A stretch of 64,000 nt of DNA from an uncultured Gemmatimonadales bacterium (GTDB taxonomy: Bacteria; Gemmatimonadota; Gemmatimonadetes; Gemmatimonadales; GWC2-71-9), in the NCBI GenBank assembly GCA_963825055.1, contig CAWGSK010000012.1, forward strand, positions 576,001 to 640,000. The letters are read 5' to 3'. The notes under the pieces were generated by a model. That model worked only from the letters and a program-made list of their open reading frames with translations, had not been told where the DNA came from and did no database searches. Shown one piece after another: positions 62,452 to 64,000 of the stretch; the stretch's first letter is position 1, and every line of letters begins with the position of its first letter. A program made the translations under genes and the position numbers.

Positions 62452-62793
62452 TCACCTCATGATGACATACAGCAGCAGCCCGGCAACCAGGAGCGCCACC
62501 AGGACGGCGCCGGCCGGGCCACGGACCCACCCGGGCAGGCGCGCCCGGCGGCGGGCTACAAGCGCGCCCTCGGGCGTGAACGTATACACCCGACCGCTCC
62601 CGAACTGCCGGATCCACCCCCGGGCGGCCGTCTCAGCCAGCAGACGGTCCAGGCGGTTGATCTCGCTCCCGAGATAGACCTGGTCGAACACCGGGGTCAG
62701 GTCAACGGCGCGATCCGGTTCGGGACCAGATCCCCGCCGCCGGAGCGTTTCCGTCATGGCGGCGAGCACGTCCTCGGGAGTCTGCACCGCCAC
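62452..62793 (-). CDS. Hypothetical 113-aa protein with C-terminal TM anchor
   Basis: GTG 2 nt after the nhaA stop with GGAGG upstream; hydrophobic C-terminus. Confidence 0.6.
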   Translation of the reverse strand: MAVQTPEDVLAAMTETLRRRGSGPEPDRAVDLTPVFDQVYLGSEINRLDRLLAETAARGWIRQFGSGRVYTFTPEGALVARRRARLPGWVRGPAGAVLVALLVAGLLLYVIMR

Positions 62794-62795
62794 AG

Positions 62796-64000
62796 TTACG
62801 CGCCCTCCACGGCGGCCGGCCCCGTACGCATCCCGTGCAGCAGGATCCACCCCGCGAGCCCGGCAACGAGGGATGCCCCGAGGATGCCGAGCTTGGCGGC
62901 CTGGAGCAGCCCGGCATCCCGGAAGGCCAGACCCGCAATGAACAGGGACATGGTGAACCCGATGCCGGCCAGCGCCGCGACGCCGTACAGGCCCCTCCAG
63001 GTCACCCCCTCCGGAAGCTGCGCCAGCCCCAGCCGCACCGCCAGCCAGCTCAGCAGCGAAATGCCCAGCGGCTTGCCGATCACCAGCCCGGCGGCGACCC
63101 CGAGAACCACCGGGTGGCGGGCGAGCTCCGCGCCTACGCCCCCCAGGGACACGCCCGCGTTGGCCAGCGCGAAGAGCGGCATGATGATGAAGGCGACTAC
63201 CCCATGCAGGCCCTGCTCCAGCCGCGCCAGCGGCGCCTGGGCCTGGTCGGTGAGGTGCTGCAGGTGATGCAGCGCGTACTGATGGTCCTGGTTGGTGAGG
63301 ATGGTGCGGCCTTCGGCGCACGACTGCTCAAATCCGGCGAGCGCCTCGCGCGCGCCGGACAGGAACGAGCGCTCATCAATCCGGGTCCGGGCCGGAATGG
63401 CCATCGCGAGCAGCACCCCGGCGACGGTCGCGTGCACACCCGACGCGAACACCGCCCCCCAGAGGGCAAGACCGATCACCGCATAGGCCCAGGGGCTCCG
63501 GACGCCCACCCGGTTCGCGATGACCGCAAGGCACAGCAGGGCGCCCGCCGCCACCAGTGGTCCGACGACGATGCCACCGGCGTAGAAGAGGGCGATGACG
63601 AGGACGGCGCCGATGTCGTCCACGATGGCCAGGGCCGCGAGGAAGACCCGGAGCCCCGGCGGAATACCGCGACCAAACAGCGCCAGGACCCCGAGCGCAA
63701 AGGCAATGTCGGTCGCCATCGGGATGCCCCACCCCGCCGCGCCAGGACCCCGTGCGTTGATCAGGGCATACAGCGCGGCGGGGACCAGCATGCCTCCCAG
63801 GGCGCCGGCCATGGGCAGGGCGGCACTTCGAAGGGTGGATAACTCGCCCGCCAGCACCTCACGCTTGATCTCGAGCCCGACCAGAAAGAAGAAGACGGCC
63901 ATCAGGCCATCATTGATGAGGTGGTGCAGCGTGGCGCGCACGGCGAACGACCCCGCCCCCACCACAATCTCCGTCTCCCAGAGGTGATGGTAGCTGTCGG
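62796..64000 (-). CDS. nhaA: Na+/H+ antiporter NhaA (5' end outside window)
   Basis: INDGLMAVFFFLVGLEIKRE, GWGIPMATDIAF, LAIVDD, GVHATVAGV, GIGFTMSLFI. Confidence 0.96.
   Translation of the reverse strand, partial: DSYHHLWETEIVVGAGSFAVRATLHHLINDGLMAVFFFLVGLEIKREVLAGELSTLRSAALPMAGALGGMLVPAALYALINARGPGAAGWGIPMATDIAFALGVLALFGRGIPPGLRVFLAALAIVDDIGAVLVIALFYAGGIVVGPLVAAGALLCLAVIANRVGVRSPWAYAVIGLALWGAVFASGVHATVAGVLLAMAIPARTRIDERSFLSGAREALAGFEQSCAEGRTILTNQDHQYALHHLQHLTDQAQAPLARLEQGLHGVVAFIIMPLFALANAGVSLGGVGAELARHPVVLGVAAGLVIGKPLGISLLSWLAVRLGLAQLPEGVTWRGLYGVAALAGIGFTMSLFIAGLAFRDAGLLQAAKLGILGASLVAGLAGWILLHGMRTGPAAVEGA

Overview
High-GC bacterial chromosome segment; gene content and style suggest Gemmatimonadota (inference). 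Every credible gene in the 64 kb is on the minus strand. In transcription order (right to left): (1) partial nhaA, two small membrane proteins and a beta-propeller lipoprotein. (2) A translationally coupled four-gene envelope cluster: DUF4956 membrane protein, SdiA-regulated-type propeller lipoprotein, metallophosphoesterase lipoprotein, and an Omp85-type barrel whose N-terminal part has atypical kinase-like motifs. (3) A glycogen/trehalose operon (treY-glgX in one ORF, glgE, treS-mak, glgB, treZ) followed by GNAT, MgtC and LOG genes. (4) A KamA-like radical SAM gene with a long structured leader, then DUF2156, an HD hydrolase, tilS-hpt-ftsH-folP and a frameshifted DUF2723 gene. (5) yggS-divIVA-PNP-ileS-dksA-lspA-rluD, running directly into (6) a 17-kb receptor-less chemosensory locus (cheW-cheY-cheA-cheC ... 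cheR-cheD-cheB-cheW-cheW) that encloses TPR proteins, two DUF4388/MshEN-like proteins, three roadblock proteins, an MglA GTPase and a tandem double DnaA-type AAA+ ATPase with no DNA-binding domain. (7) A peptidase-like gene, tRNA-Val(TAC) and a secreted TPR protein. The best candidates for undescribed systems are the Che-Mgl-double-DnaA locus and the Omp85 kinase-like/phosphatase cluster. No mobile elements or CRISPR arrays were seen. All calls come from reading motifs by eye, not from database searches.
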